The notes beneath the pieces were generated by a model. That model was not told the DNA's origin. It worked only from the letters and a program-made list of their open reading frames with translations, and ran no database searches. From contig JAAILG010002091.1 in the NCBI GenBank assembly GCA_012026655.1, positions 1-57,992 of the forward strand: a DNA stretch of 57,992 nt. Direction: 5' to 3'. The stretch's first letter is position 1. The number at the start of each line of letters is the position of its first letter. The position numbers and the translations under genes were made by a program. The DNA is from Hydrolagus affinis. Lineage: Eukaryota. Below are positions 1-13,900 of this stretch, piece after piece.

Positions 1-99
1 GATTGACATTTCCACAGTTGCCACTTCTTATGCGATAATTAATAAATTCATAATTAATATTTGATTATTAATAATTAATCATTAAAACACAGCCTTGTT

Positions 100-400
100 C
101 ATTCCTATGTCTATGACCTGCTAACCCCACATCAACCTGTCTGCTACCTTCACTCATCATGCAACCTGCTCTACATCCCTGCATCTGTCCACCACACCAT
201 CAGCGGTTGAGCCTTTGGCTTCTCTGTCCTTAACCTTTAAAACTCCAACCTTCAGTCACTCCAATCTTCAGTCACTCCCTCCCGGCACATCTCAAGACCC
301 TCATCTTTGCCACCCTTCCTGCCTTCTACCTACCCTGATCCCAACCCCCGCTCGAGTCCAATTTCTGACTGTCCAATGCCTTGGGATGTCCTCCTGATAT
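100..400 (+). mobile_element. Decayed L2 3' fragment
   Basis: Matches the 3' UTR of the other L2 copies (gtccaatgccttgggatgtcctcctgat). Confidence 0.7.
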
Positions 401-734
401 GGGGTATTATACTAATAATTTAGCACAATCCGCTGTAACTATTGCTTTTCAAGTTTATTACATAATTCATGTCATTAATACATAATTAATTTGTATATTT
501 GCCTAATAAGTATTAGCCCAGCCTGTATTTAAAACTCAACTATTATCTTACAACAATAAGGGTTACCTGTTTACAGAGATGAAAAGAACAATTTGGGTGT
601 TGATTATTTGCTAAAAGTTTCTGATCATTCTGAAGCTTTTATCAAATCAAACCAATCAGCTACTGGATTGCTTTTTGCAGGAAGAGGCCATAGGATATAC
701 TTAGTATATTCTGCCTCACACTGCAGATCCTCAG

Positions 735-1303
735 ACACACATCTATAACATGCAGGCTTGACTGCAAACTCCCTGCTTGTCGGCCTCCCCAACTCCTCCC
801 TCCATAGGCTGCAAATCATCCAGAACTCTGCAGCCCATGTCCTCTCCCACAATAGGATCTGTGACCCTATCGCCTCCATCCTCGCCCGACTCCACTGGCT
901 TCCCATCACACAAAGGATAGAGTTCAACATCCTGATCCTCACTATTAAAGCACTCTATGGCCTCGCTTCCCACTACCTCTGTGACCCTCTAAACCCCCAA
1001 CCTGACTGCTCCCTCCACGTAGTGGGCTTCAGCCTGCTTCACATTCCCCGCCTTGCCCACCTCACCGTCTTCTTACCACTTTGCCCAACTCTCTAGAACT
1101 CCACTCCTCCACCTCACCTCCTCTCTTGTCTCATTCAAGACCCTTCTCTTCTTTGGTGACCCTCTTTGCCTTCCTCTGCCCTCCACCCTCCCCGATCCAG
1201 AACCCCAGTTTGGGTCTGAAACCCTGATTGTCCAGCGCCTTAGGATGTCATCCTGGCATGAAAGGCACTATACAAATGTAATTTTGTTGTTGTTATTGTT
1301 GTT
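735..1303 (+). mobile_element. L2 LINE 3' fragment
   Basis: ORF ANSLLVGLPNSSLHRLQIIQNSAAH...LHWLPITQRIEFNILILT, followed by a (TTG)n tail. Confidence 0.9.
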
Positions 1304-1369
1304 TGATTGGAATTGAAGTGTAGGAGAAAGCTCAGAGGAGATCAATAAGGATGATTCTGGAAGTTAAGG

Positions 1370-1975
1370 GTTTATGTTACTGGAAGGAGCAAATAAAGGA
1401 GAACTTGGGTACATTAATAAAAAGAAGATTGAAAGGGAACAACATATTGTGGTTCTTTGAAATAATAGGAGGCATCGTTGATAATCAAGCTGTTTGACTT
1501 CAATCATGAGCACAAAACTACAACAATAAATTAACATTCTTCAAACAGAACGAAAGATTACACTAGTCAGAGATTAGTGGATATGAGGAACAGACACGCT
1601 ACAAAAATAATTGATTACCGGTATGTGTTGACTAACTTCTTCAAAACAGAACTGGATAAGTATGTGCTTGAGATTACTACTGTATTCATGTATTCAGTAG
1701 TAGAATACATTACTGTTCAAGTAATAAATACTAGATTTGATATACTTAACTACTGGATTGCTTTTTGCAGAAAGAGGCCATAGGATATACGGCCTATGTA
1801 TAGGCCGTATATCCTATGATACACATTAAAAATAACATGAAATAAAATTTAGGATGTATCTAATTAAAACTTTCCAGCAGGAAGTGTGGGAGGGATTTAG
1901 AGGGCAGGTTTTGTCTGACTAGAAGGAGTGAGTTGATGGGCTGAATTGCCTTTATTCTTTCCATATTTTACATTA
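1370..1975 (+). mobile_element. Highly decayed CR1 3' fragments
   Basis: aaaagaagattgaaaggg..., ttcaaaacagaactggataagtat, gatgggctgaattgcctt. Confidence 0.55.
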
Positions 1976-2624
1976 AGCCTCAGAGTTTATTACATCTTAA
2001 GAGGGATAATCTGCCATTTGCTCCGATATATTTTATTGCTCAGTGAACGCTAAGGAGTTTAATGGACACTTTCAGAAAACACCTTCACTTGAAATGCTCC
2101 AGGACGCTATCCCATGTGCTATATAAATGCAAGTTAATGTTGTTGAATGAATGGTAACTGGGTTTCCTTTAACCTGCCGTATACTCTTTATAAAGTTATG
2201 CACTTCATTTAGGATATTGATACATTTTATATATCATCTATGATTACAGTACAGTAATTAAAGGTAACACATAAAATGTATTAATCATACATGTATTAAT
2301 GTATCTTTAGAACTTTAAAAGTCAGAATAATTATGATTTTATTTAAATTCTTATCAGAATGGAGAGGTGACCTTTTTTGTACAGTTGTTTTAAATGTAGC
2401 AAAACTATTGAATGCTCTGAGAGGCTATCAGTGAGAAGACTGCTATAGAAATGCAAGTGATTGTTGCTGTTGAAATCTCTATTGCTCAATCACTAATCAT
2501 CAAACTGTGAGCTCCACAATAATCCATTGATAATTATTCTCTCTAAAGTAGCTGATAAATGTTAGATAAACTGGATTTTTAAATAAAATACTATATGCTG
2601 ATGGATTACTCTTATGTTATTGAA

Positions 2625-3196
2625 GCATTGACTATGCCAATACCCTGCTTGATGGCCTTCCAAATTCCTCCCTCCATAGGTTGCAGATAATCTAGAACTC
2701 TGCGGCCCGTGTCTTCTACCACTACAAGCTTTGTGACCGTAAATCCCCCATCCTCACTTGAATATTATTCAAGATCCTGGTCCTCACATTCAAAGCCCTC
2801 CATGGCCTCACCCCACCCTACCTCTATGACTTCCTAGCCCCCTACAAACCTGCCCATCCCCTCCGCTCAGCAGGCTCCAGCCTGTTCCATGTCCCCTGAC
2901 ACACCCGCCCCACCATTGGTGGGTGAGCCTTATGCCACTCTGCCCCCAATCTCTGGAACTCCATCCCACAGTCCCTCCACCTCGCCCCTTCCCTGTCCTC
3001 CTACAAGTCCCGACTCAAGACCCTCCTTTCGATGGTCCTATCGGTCACCCCAAATTCCCCCTTTTCCTCCACCCCCAAGTTTCCTTCCACCCTCCCCATT
3101 CCCGATCCCAGCTCGGGACTCAAACACAACTGTCTAGCACCTTGGGATGTCCTCCTGACGTGAAAGGCACTATACAAGTGTAATTTTTGTTGTTGA
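2625..3196 (+). mobile_element. L2 LINE 3' fragment
   Basis: Homologous to about 44300-44873, with tail cttgggatgtcctcctgacgtgaaaggcactatacaagtgtaatttttgttgttg. Confidence 0.9.
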
Positions 3197-3809
3197 AGCC
3201 TTCCAAAAAGCAAACACCAAATAGCAACAGTGTTATACTGTGATACTGCGTTTAATGATTTGCAAATAAATGAAAGTTGTTTATCTTTATCTTATTGTGG
3301 AACAAAAGACAGCTAACATTAAATTGTAAAACAAATAATAAAATAATAAATAATTCCAAATGGAACTTTTTAATTTCCGACAAAAGTAGATTCCAGTCAA
3401 CTGGTTAGTCTAGGCTCTAATTTGCACTTACAATAGTCCTTACATTTGGAATTATGCCTTTCACGTTGGGAGGAGATCTCAAAGTCCTTCACAGGATATA
3501 TCGTAAATTGTAGTGACTGAGTGTTTTGCAGGTGAATTTGACGTGGTCCCACTTACACACTTGGGTATGTGTATTTGTGTATCTTGTGTATTTGTGTACA
3601 ATGTATAGACAGTGTACTTAATACTCTATGGGACATCCTCCCAACATGAAAAGAACTCTATAAATGTAATTTTGTGTTGTTGTACATGAAAGTTGTAGTG
3701 TACATGTAGATACAGAGTGAGGACGAATCAATCTTGACTGTGCAGGTCTCTGCATTTGAATAATCCAGTGACAGTCACTGGAAAAGTTTAAGTGTGGACA
3801 GGAATAACA

Positions 3810-4125
3810 GCAACAAAATTGCATTTGTAGAGCACCTTGTGTATCAGGAGAATGTCCAAAGGCACTGAACAGTCAGGGCCATATCAGAGAGGTAGAATGG
3901 CGCAAGACTGTGGACAGCCTTGAAAGTGAGGATGAGGATTTTGAATTCTATCTTCTGAGGGATGGTGAGACAAGTGGAACCAGATGAGGCTGGGGGTGAT
4001 GGGGTCATGGAGCCTGATGAGGGGATTATCTGGATAATCTGCACGTTGTGGAGGAAAGAGTTGGGGAGGCCGACAAGGAGGGAGTTTCCATAGTCGAGCC
4101 TTGAGATGAATAAGGTACTGAAAAT
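3810..4125 (-). mobile_element. L2 LINE 3' fragment with internal deletion
   Basis: Minus-strand ORF SRLDYGNSLLVGLPNS...KIEFKILILTFKA joined directly to the tail. Confidence 0.85.
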
Positions 4126-5869
4126 GAACAACAACGGGAGAAATAAAAATCAAATTGTTTCCAAAAGCATTACGTTGATGTGAATTTATCTTGATGGTAA
4201 AGATAAACTCACAGATCAGTGCCTTTGACCATTAACATGACCTCACAGGTCAGGGAGCTTTCCCAACAGGCTTTTCCCAACTGAAACAACATAAATAAAT
4301 CTACCAATGGAGGACATTCAGGGAAACAATTAGTCTAGATTTACTTTATTTATGCAATATTTTAGAGTAGCAGAATTTGGCAAATTCTCAAACACAATCT
4401 TAACTTTGAAGCTATTTTCCTTCAACTTTCTTTTAAGAAGTTAAGGCTGAATTCAAAATTTTCCAGATTCTGGATGATCTAAAAGATCATATAAATATAA
4501 TTAGAACAATTTTAGACCCAGGTGGAATTTCTCCCCACTTGCATTGTGCAATTGTTGGATGCTGGAGATTATAAATGTGGAAATGAAATCAGAGATGTAT
4601 TTTCCTCCTCCACATTCTTCTACCCCTATCCAAAAGCATCAGAATCAAGCTGAGGGTACCTAGAAGAACAGTAATAGAAATGACTATGCTTCACTTTTGA
4701 CCCCTCGATTGTTCAACCCTGGGAAAGTTATCACAATCACATTCAATCGTGTTTCATCCTAATTTAACATCTATATGCTCTCTAGCACAGGATAGTGATT
4801 ATTTGCTAGACAAACCATGGTTGCTTTTGGGACGTCTTGGCACCTTTGGACGTCCTCCCGACATGAAAGGCGTTCTATATATATATATATATATACACAG
4901 GGTATATATAATTTTATTGATGCTTTTCTTTTCCTTACCCCAATGTAGTTCTATCTCTACATTTACGTAGATACCTCAACTGACATCAGATAATTTGGTT
5001 GTTGATACGTACAGTTAAGGTATTGCACAGGGTGCCCAACTATGGAACAACAGGCTTCATTTGAGAAAGGTCGGACTTCACCTGAGAAACGGAGAACTCT
5101 TGTGCCCAGTTGAGAATGTAACTGATTGCCCATGACTATACTTTACATTCATATAAAAGTAAGACTGGAAAACGTGGACTTTCAGAAGCTGACAAGATTT
5201 TCATTCATTTTTGCAAAGGACAAAGAGCAGTGATATATCAAAATACATGTCTAACAAACAAAAACATACAAAAAAAAGCTATAATTGATCCACGTTCGTG
5301 GCTAAATAACACCCGCTGTTAAACTCAGACTTTGACAAGCAAATGTGGCACAATCTGAGAGAAAATGACACAAACACCTTTGCATTGATGAGTGAAATTT
5401 TTACATTTCATATTGCATTTGATGCCACATCAAATGTATTATGAAACGCATCACATCCTCTTCCCCGATATATGAGACGTTCATTTTGTGATTATACAGA
5501 CATTTCCGTTGCTGTTTACAAATATTATTCATTTTTTAATCTTATGTTTCAAATATTATATTACATAGATATATCAACTCCTGCAGAAATAAATATATTG
5601 CACTTTTAGAAAACAATTCTTAATAGATGTATTTCCACAATTTCTTCTGATATAATCTACATGAGGCAAAACACAGTATTTTTTTTTAAAATTGAACAGA
5701 GTGAATGTGCTCACAAATGGTCATTAAACAATGAACACAACAAGCTGCAGGGTGACTTTGATACATTCTATTGGGTATCTAGTGGCGCGTACACACATTT
5801 GCTGAATAGGTGGTGCTTATGAAACTATTACACATATCACAATTGGCGGAGGGCTCTTTACAGAAGGAT

Positions 5870-6285
5870 CTTCCATTTTTATAGCGCCAATAATGTTAAA
5901 AACATCTGAAAGCACTTTACAGTAATTACTGTCACATGTAGTGACTTCTTTTTTGTAAGCAAATGCAGCAGCCATTTTTCACACAAAATGTCATAAGGTG
6001 AATGACCAATTTATCTCGAGGATTGTTGGTCAAAACAATGGGAGAAATTCCCTTCTCTTTTTCAATAGTGCCATGGCATTTTTAACGTTCATCCAGAAGA
6101 AAAATCATTCAGGATCTCTGTTTCACATGAACGATGGTAAATCTGACAATGCAGCATTCCCTCCAGTACTGCACTGGAGCGTCAGCCATGAATTCAAGTC
6201 CTGATGTGGGACTTGAACTCACAACTATCTGACCCAGAGACAAGAATGGCCCAGAGGCAAGAGTGCTATTAAATGAGACTAAGGT
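5870..6285 (-). mobile_element. Deu-domain tRNA SINE
   Basis: Reverse-complement match to the 43130-43573 copy (ggacttgaactcacaac, ccctccagtactgcactggag, atagtgccatgg). Confidence 0.78.
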
Positions 6286-6869
6286 CACAACTTAAATTAA
6301 ACGAGATTGCATAATTATTCCCAAAGAGATTTTATTGATTTTTCAACCAAAAAATCTTGCCAACTAATGGACTTACAGTCTCTGGAGAATTAGTTGCCAC
6401 AGCTCCTACAGAGATGGCAGAGGCAGTGATGCTCTGCAGCTTTTCCCTTCTCTAGTCCACCATCAAGAGCTAAGCCACATATTTAGTATGTGTTTATTTA
6501 CAATGTTGCTGCCTGCAGCACGAACAGCAACAGGTTTTCTCTTCCCCATTGTTATTCGAAGCCCATTCAGTCTCTCCTCATCTAGAAACTCCATAACACC
6601 TTTTCATCGTCAACTGCATCTCCCACTCTGTATCCATGTTGTCTCCCATGATGTCTGTTTTAATACACATTCTTCAGTTTCCTCCTTTCAGTCCCCTCTA
6701 TTTCATCTATCTAACTTGGCAACTGAGGGTAAGAGGGTAATCTATATTTTATTCTGTGCAGTGCATTACAGCACAAACTTCAGACATTTGTGTTTCACCA
6801 TCCTAATGCATTCTATTCTAGAAATGTAGTATAAGAACTATGAGGGTATGGTATATTGTTATGTGGCAA

Positions 6870-7250
6870 AAAAAAATCCATTTTTATAACATCAAACTAT
6901 CTCAAAGCATTTTGCAATAATTATTGTCAAGTATAGGTAGCAACTCTTTTTGTAGGCATAAACTCCAGCCATTTTGGTGCACAGCAAGGTCCCAGGTCAC
7001 AATTCCAGCTGGAGTATCATTGGCCAGATGACACTTCTCTTTTTCAATTCTGTTGTAGGATTTTTAATGTCCACCTGAACAGGCAAACTAGGATTAACAT
7101 CTCATCTCAAGAGCTGTACCTTCAGCAACACAGTGCTCCACCAGTATGGAGCAGAATGTCAAACCAGACTATGAGTCCAAGCTCCCATAAGGGGGCTTGA
7201 ATTCACAACCTTCTGACCCAGAGTTGAGTGCTACCAGTTGAGCAGACTGC
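6870..7250 (-). mobile_element. Deu-domain tRNA SINE
   Basis: Reverse match (gcacagcaagg, gtccacctgaacaggca, ggcttgaattcacaaccttctgacc). Confidence 0.75.
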
Positions 7251-7610
7251 CATCTAAAGCAACCCGATTTGACTCTCACAATCCAGTGTAGTGTTCACAA
7301 TTCACTCCAGTGACAGGTTATGTTTGAAGAAGGAAGTGAAGGAGGAACTGCATCTCAAGAGTTTGCAGTTGTTTTACAGTAACGCATTGTAGCAGCTGTT
7401 GTTCAATCGGTGGCAATGCATTTAGAAGTGGTAGTTCAGTTGTATCAATGCTTTCTGGAATTTGTAGTAGTGTGACAACGTCTCTGTGGGAGTGATAGCT
7501 CAATCTGTGCCTTTGAATTGCTCTACCGTAGGCATGTCCAAGAGCTCAGTTCATCACTCCAAAATGCCACATTCCCTGGTGTGAAATGCGCCACTACAGT
7601 ATTTAACAGA

Positions 7611-7951
7611 TCAAACAAAGTGCGTCATAACAGCTGAGGAGTGTCGCAGTCCTTGGATAGCAGCATAAGGCCCTTGCTGGAAATAGTGATGATATCTGGG
7701 CATATGAAATGTGGGGAATGTGGGTCCACTTCCTTGCATGGAGCTTGCAATTGCAGATGGTGTCAGGGGCATTCCAACACGACTGTAGGGAGGCAACGAA
7801 CCCTGCATGGGATGGGGAATGGGAGTTGCTAGTGAAGCTGTGCTTGTGGCAATTGCAGCAAGGGATGGAGGGTGCTGGAAACCAGAGAAACCAGAGGAGG
7901 ATGTTAACCAGCTGCTCAGGGATAAGTTATCTGAAGTTGTAAATGCTGACC
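7611..7951 (-). CDS. TBX20: TBX20 exon 8 coding part (341 nt including TGA), C-terminal regulatory domain
   Basis: Acceptor tttcttttacag|. Encodes [15 protein letters not shown]...[21 protein letters not shown]. Confidence 0.97.
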
Positions 7952-10900
7952 CTGTAAAAGAAACAAAACCAACCCATTTAGAATCAAGACAAACGATCAG
8001 AACCATTGCCAATGAAAAAGGTAATTTTAGAATATTTAATTCATACATGGAATGCATCCAATTTAACCCATTTTAGTGTGTTGCTTTTAAACAAATAACT
8101 GTAAAGATCATTTTCCTGTGGATTCAATTTGTGGAATTCATAATTATAAAATCATTACCGTAGATTTTTATGAAATAATTATTGTTTCAATGATGTGACA
8201 TACCCTCGCCACTATTTAATATTAACCTTTAATTTATTCAGTTTAGGAGTTTTTTTCTCTATAGTTTAATTTAGTTTTTCTGACTTTTACAAAAATGTTT
8301 AAGAAATGAAATTCAACAAGTGGCACTAACAATTGCAAATACTTTAAAGTTAATCTGTTGTTTACTAAAAGAGATCAGTAAAGAACAAACACGTATTATC
8401 TTTGCATGTATTATCTCACACTTTTCAAAGCAAACGTGTGCAAACCTTTTCAATTCAAGTTATTGCAAAATGAGGCACAAGCTTTGGAAAAGGTGTAGAT
8501 AAGAGCATCAGAACTGATAACTGGTTTAAAAAGGTTACAATGCAAAAAAGACAATCTTGTCTTGTAGCATTTAATATTATTTTAGTATCCCCCAATAAGA
8601 TCTCGCTTCTCAACCATTTTCTCTCTAAACTGCACAGATTAAAATGAGAACCCTACTTCTAAAAACTAGAAAGAAGGTGGTTGTGATATGTAAAATATAA
8701 AGTATATAGATAGATTACAGCTAGAATAGTATTTCAGGTTAATCTAAGAAAGTAGGACAAAGTACATTTTCAAAAAATAAATAAATTTAATTTAGGGCCT
8801 TTCACATTGGGACAATATCTCAAATGCCTTTACAGAATATTCTAAAGTAGTGGACTTTATTTTGCAGGTGAAAGATGGTATAGATTTTAATCACAAAAGA
8901 AAAACAGTTATTAGAAGAAGCTGTTTTTGTTGGAAGAGTAAATATGCGGAAATTTTTTACAAAGCAATGGTATTCAAGGCAAAAGATTATCGATATTCAG
9001 GTCAAAGCTTCACATCAGGAAAGATAACCCAATGAAGATGAACTTTCATGGGTTCAAAGGTGTTTCTCCCTATGTATCTCTTTCATGTATATATATGTAC
9101 AGTATTCTTAAATAGAGTGGCCAACGTATTCTGTCAGCATGCTGATAGCAGTTCACTCATTTCAATTTAAAGTATCCGTGGATCTGTGAAAATCCACAAT
9201 AATTTGTTCCAAGTGATTTACTGAACTCTTAGCTTGCGGTAAAGTCAGAATATCAGCAATTATTGCAAGTACATTGCACACTAATGTAACAAACTGGACC
9301 ACAGATATTTCAAGATTCGGAAAATTATGCTATTCATGTTTTAAGACCTTATTTGTTTTTTTAAGGAACACTGTAACCTAATGCTTTTAGTTAGTAAACT
9401 CTCATGGATGAATGAATAGCTGCTAAAGGCAGCTGGGCCTTTAGCCACTCTTCCCCACATTCTGGAACTCCATCCTGCAATCCCTCCGCCTCACCCCATC
9501 CCTTGCCTGCTTGAATACCCACCTCAAGGCGACTCCTCTTTGACTGTGATTTTGATCAACCTCCTTCCCCCTCCTGCCCTCCACCCTCCCCAATCCTTAC
9601 CCCCAGCTCGAGTCTGAAATACTGTCTGTCCAGCATCTTGGGATATCATCACAACATGAAAGGTGCTATACAAATGTAATTTTGTTGTTGTTTGCTGAGT
9701 TTTACCTCAAACTGGGCTAAGCTGTGGAGGGAAATCAATCACCTTCCTCCTCTTAATCACTGTTCAGTGGCATCTACTAGAAACCTTATGTGTGCAGATG
9801 TTGGCTGAGAACAGGAGTTGCCTGGGCTCTGATGTCTCTAATGTTTGCTTGCATCAACATTCACTGTCCCCAGGTTCACACAATGAAGCAGGGTCATTTG
9901 GGTAAGCTACCGTAGTGTGACCAGTGCCCATGCAATTATGCCCAGCAGGCAGTTAGGAAAGGAGGGTAGAATTATAGACATTAGACAATGAGGGACAAAC
10001 ATAGACATATTGTATTCACTGTATGTAGTATTATTTGGCAAATAAATGTGTTTAATTAGATATCCCAATGTGCTGGACAGTCACTGCTTCAGACCCATGC
10101 ACCATCGAAGAGGAGAGTCTTGAGGTGGAACTTGAAGGAGGCTAGGGAGGGAGTGAAGTGGAGGGACTGTGTGTTCGAGTTCCAGAGGTTGGGGGCAAAG
10201 TGGCTAAAGGTTCACCCACCAATGGTGAGGTGGGTGGGTCAGGGGATGTGGAGCAGGCCAGAGACTGTTGAGATGATGGGTTGGTAAGGGGTTAGAAGGT
10301 CACGGATGTAGGGTGGGGCGAGGTTGTGGAGGGCTTTAAATGTGAGGACCAGCATCTTGAATTGGATCCTCTGGATGATGAGGAGCCAATGGAGTTGGGC
10401 GAGGATGAGGGAGATGGGGTCACAGAGTTTAGCGCGGTAGAGGACATGCGCCGTAGAGTTGTGGATCATCTGCAACTTGTGGAGGGAGGAACTGGGAAGG
10501 CCAACAAGCAGGGTATTTGCATAGTTGAGCCGGGATGCAATGAAGGCATGAATGAAGGTTTCAGCACCTTTGGGGGTGAAGTAGTGGTGGAGTCAGATAA
10601 TATTGCAGAGATACCACATAATACTGAAGGACAGTGGGCATATATATACTGGTATCTCTGAGCACGTATTTGAAACTAACATAAATCAGTGAAATAAAAT
10701 CCTTTTGTGGATAGATCCAAATGAAAAAAAATTGGTGCAATGTAATCCAACTCAATTTCAACTAGTGACTTCAGTTATGGGGAAAGGCTAGATGGGCTAG
10801 GTTTATTCTCTTTGGAACAGAGAAGTTTGAGAGGAGACCTAATGGAGGTTTATAAAATCATGAAGGGATTCGACAGGGTGAATAAGGAAAAATTATTTCC

Positions 10901-13900
10901 ACTGGTGGGCGACTCGTGGTCACAGATTTAAAATAGTTTCAAAACGAAGCAGAGGGGAGCTGAGGAGAATTTTTTTCACTCAGCGGGTTGTTCGAATCTG
11001 GAATGCATTGCCTGAAAAGGTGGTGGAGGCCGATTTGATAACAGCTTTTAAAAGATAATTAGATCTTTATTTAGGGAGAACAGGTTTGTTAGGTTATGGG
11101 GAGAGCGCGGGGCATTGCTCTGTTCAAAGAGCCGGCACAGACTAGATGGGCCGAATGGCCTCCTTTTGTGCCATAAAATTCTATGATTCTATGATTCTAG
11201 TGATAAAATCTGAGCACAGAACTGACCACAGTTTGTTGACATAAAAGGAGCTGTATCAAATATAAGGATCATCATTACTAATTGGCATTTTCACTTGGAA
11301 AGACCAATGATGTGGAACTGGAAATGTTCGGCTTGTTTCATGGAGTGAGATGCTCTTCAGGGATTGACATTAAGGTATATTGTTGGGACAGGGGAGTTTT
11401 ATTATGTATCTAATCTCATGCTGTACCTGACCTGAAAGTGCTTGGTGTTGAGCCTGGAGCTTAAATCCTACTCTGACCTGTCAGCTAACCCCCATTCTCA
11501 CTCAACTCCACTGGCTTCCCATCCCAGAGGATTCAATTCAAGATCTTGGTCCTCATCTACAAATCCCTCCATGGCCTTGCCCCACCCGACCTCTGGGACC
11601 TCCTAACCCCCTACCAACCTGCCCGTTCCCTCCACTCAGTGTACTCCAGGCTGCTTCACAGCCCCCAATCTGCCCACCCCACTATTGGTGGGTGAGCCTT
11701 CAACCACTCTGCCCCCAACCTCTGGAACTCCATCCTGGAGTCCCTCCCTGGCCTCCTTCAAGTCCTGCCTCAAGACCCTGCTCTTCAATGCTCCCATCGG
11801 TCACTCAAAATTCCCCCCCTTCCCTCCACCCTCCCCGTCCCCGACCCCAACTCGGATCTGAAACAATGCCTGTCCAGTGCCTTGGGATGTCCTCCTAATG
11901 TGAAAGGAATAACAAATTTTATTTTGTTGTTGTTGACCACTAAGGCTAATGACTTTTTGCTACTCCTTCATATCAGAAAATCAGATTAAAATTACATAAC
12001 AAAACCAACACTAAATTTTGATGAGCACTGATTGATAAAACTCCACTTGATAGAAATACTGAAAACAGTTTTCTCAATCAGTATTATAGGAACAAGGAAA
12101 GGAAAGTAGTACTGTAATGAAAACAACAATATGCAGGTGCAATTACAACCTTTAAGTCAAAAGGTTTTTCTTCTTCCTGCATCTTACCTCTGGTCTGTGC
12201 TGCTTGGTTCTCATCTCCCAATCCATCATCTTCTCCTCCATAGGTCCGTATTGGTGATCGTGCATAGGTGTGCTTTTGGATTAGATTCTCAACACTTTCC
12301 CTGCAGTAAGGAGAAATAGTATTAGTATGTGTTGTCTATCATGTGTCTAATGTTAACAGATACAAGAAAAACACATGTTTAACAGCACATCACTTTATTC
12401 ATTTTTTTTTACCATTTCCTTATTTTCATCGGTTCATAGGCATTAGTACCTTATATGAACCCCACACCCTTAAGTGATAATTCTACACTAAACAGTGGTG
12501 AAATTTAAAATGCTTTTAAATTGATCAATTGTAACTTTGAAGGATATTGCAGACCTGATAAATGAACTATGGTTAGCTTGACTATCTTGACAAAAGACTG
12601 ATTCCATTGGAAGTAAGTAATTTGACCTCTGATCCTTCACATATGCATGTTAATTATCAAGTAAATCTTCTTAATGCATAATTATTGTATTGTTAATAAT
12701 TCTTTCTATATATACACAAACATATATCTATACATATATATTAGCTGTACCCATTGCAGCTACGCTTGCAATCAGTTTCATTTAATCGGCCTTCTCTCTT
12801 TCATCTGGCATTTCTATGTGTCCTTGACAGGCTTGATCATTGCTTCTTAGACATCTTTATCCCTTAAGATTAAGAAAATGTGCTACTCAACTTATCATCC
12901 CTTGTTCACATATTTGCACACACATCCTTTTGGGAGGACTACCGTGGGAGGACTTGTGTGGGTGGATTTCTGGTTGGGAAGATCCCTGACACACAGACAG
13001 ACATTTTGTCTTTATTAGTACTGCATAGATGTAGCTCTCTATGTGTGTGACCCCTGTCACTGCTTTGTTGCAGAATAACATGCATACCTTTTGGGGGCTC
13101 AATTGAAGCATTTTGGAAATCTTTTTTTTTTAAAAACATGGTTTATCAATGATGGGAGATCCCTGAAAAAAATATCCATGACCCATGCAAAACTGTTTTG
13201 ACGAGATATCAATCATGTATCTATGTCAATCGGTTATTTCTTCTTGACAGGCAGACAAACCACTATATCAAATGCAGGGTTTACTATTATTTTGTCTTTA
13301 CTAGTATAAATAAACAGATAAACGTATTTGGAAACAAAACACATAATACTGCAGATAAATTTATTGGGAGTCGAATGAATACACAAACATAGTTGTTGGG
13401 ATATGGAATGTCCTGCCAAGTAAGGTGGCAGAGGCAGAGTGAATTGTCATTGTGGGTTTCAAGAGAGAAGTAGACAAGCACATGAAAGACAAAGGCTTGA
13501 AAGGGTATGAGGATAGAGCATTGGGTTTCAATGGTTCTGAGAGCTACTACTTGATAACATGCGTGACATTTCATGATTATGCCACTAGTAGTCTTAACAC
13601 TGCCATTATTGTATACAGTCTGGAGCCTCCTAAATGTATTACAAATTAAGTTGACATCAATTAGTGATGTAATTATTAAAAAATAATAATTTAATAAATG
13701 CAAAGAAAGACATTCATTTCAAATAGTGACTCCCATTGCTGCTAGGCCATTCCCTGTTAATTACCACGTCCCATATACTGTACAAGGATATTGCTGTGAT
13801 TATATATAGCCAGACTCACTCTTTTCTCATGTGCAGTTCTGTTGCAAAGCTATTATGGGCCATATCACTGAACTAGTGTACTGAACTGCAGCCAATGTAT

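Noticed and set aside
625-1316. ORFs of 76-112 aa near the window start, and similar ORFs at 2889-3213, 10239-10661, 43725-44798, 56078-56558 and 57337-57767, as host genes
   Set aside because: They are sense or antisense translations of decayed L2 LINE ORF2 and 3' UTR sequence, with stops and frameshifts.
7641-8076. Plus-strand ORFs overlapping TBX20 exons (also 12131-12319, 21840-22097, 22621-22812, 24187-24399, 24924-25136)
   Set aside because: They are antisense shadows of real coding exons, with no independent protein features.
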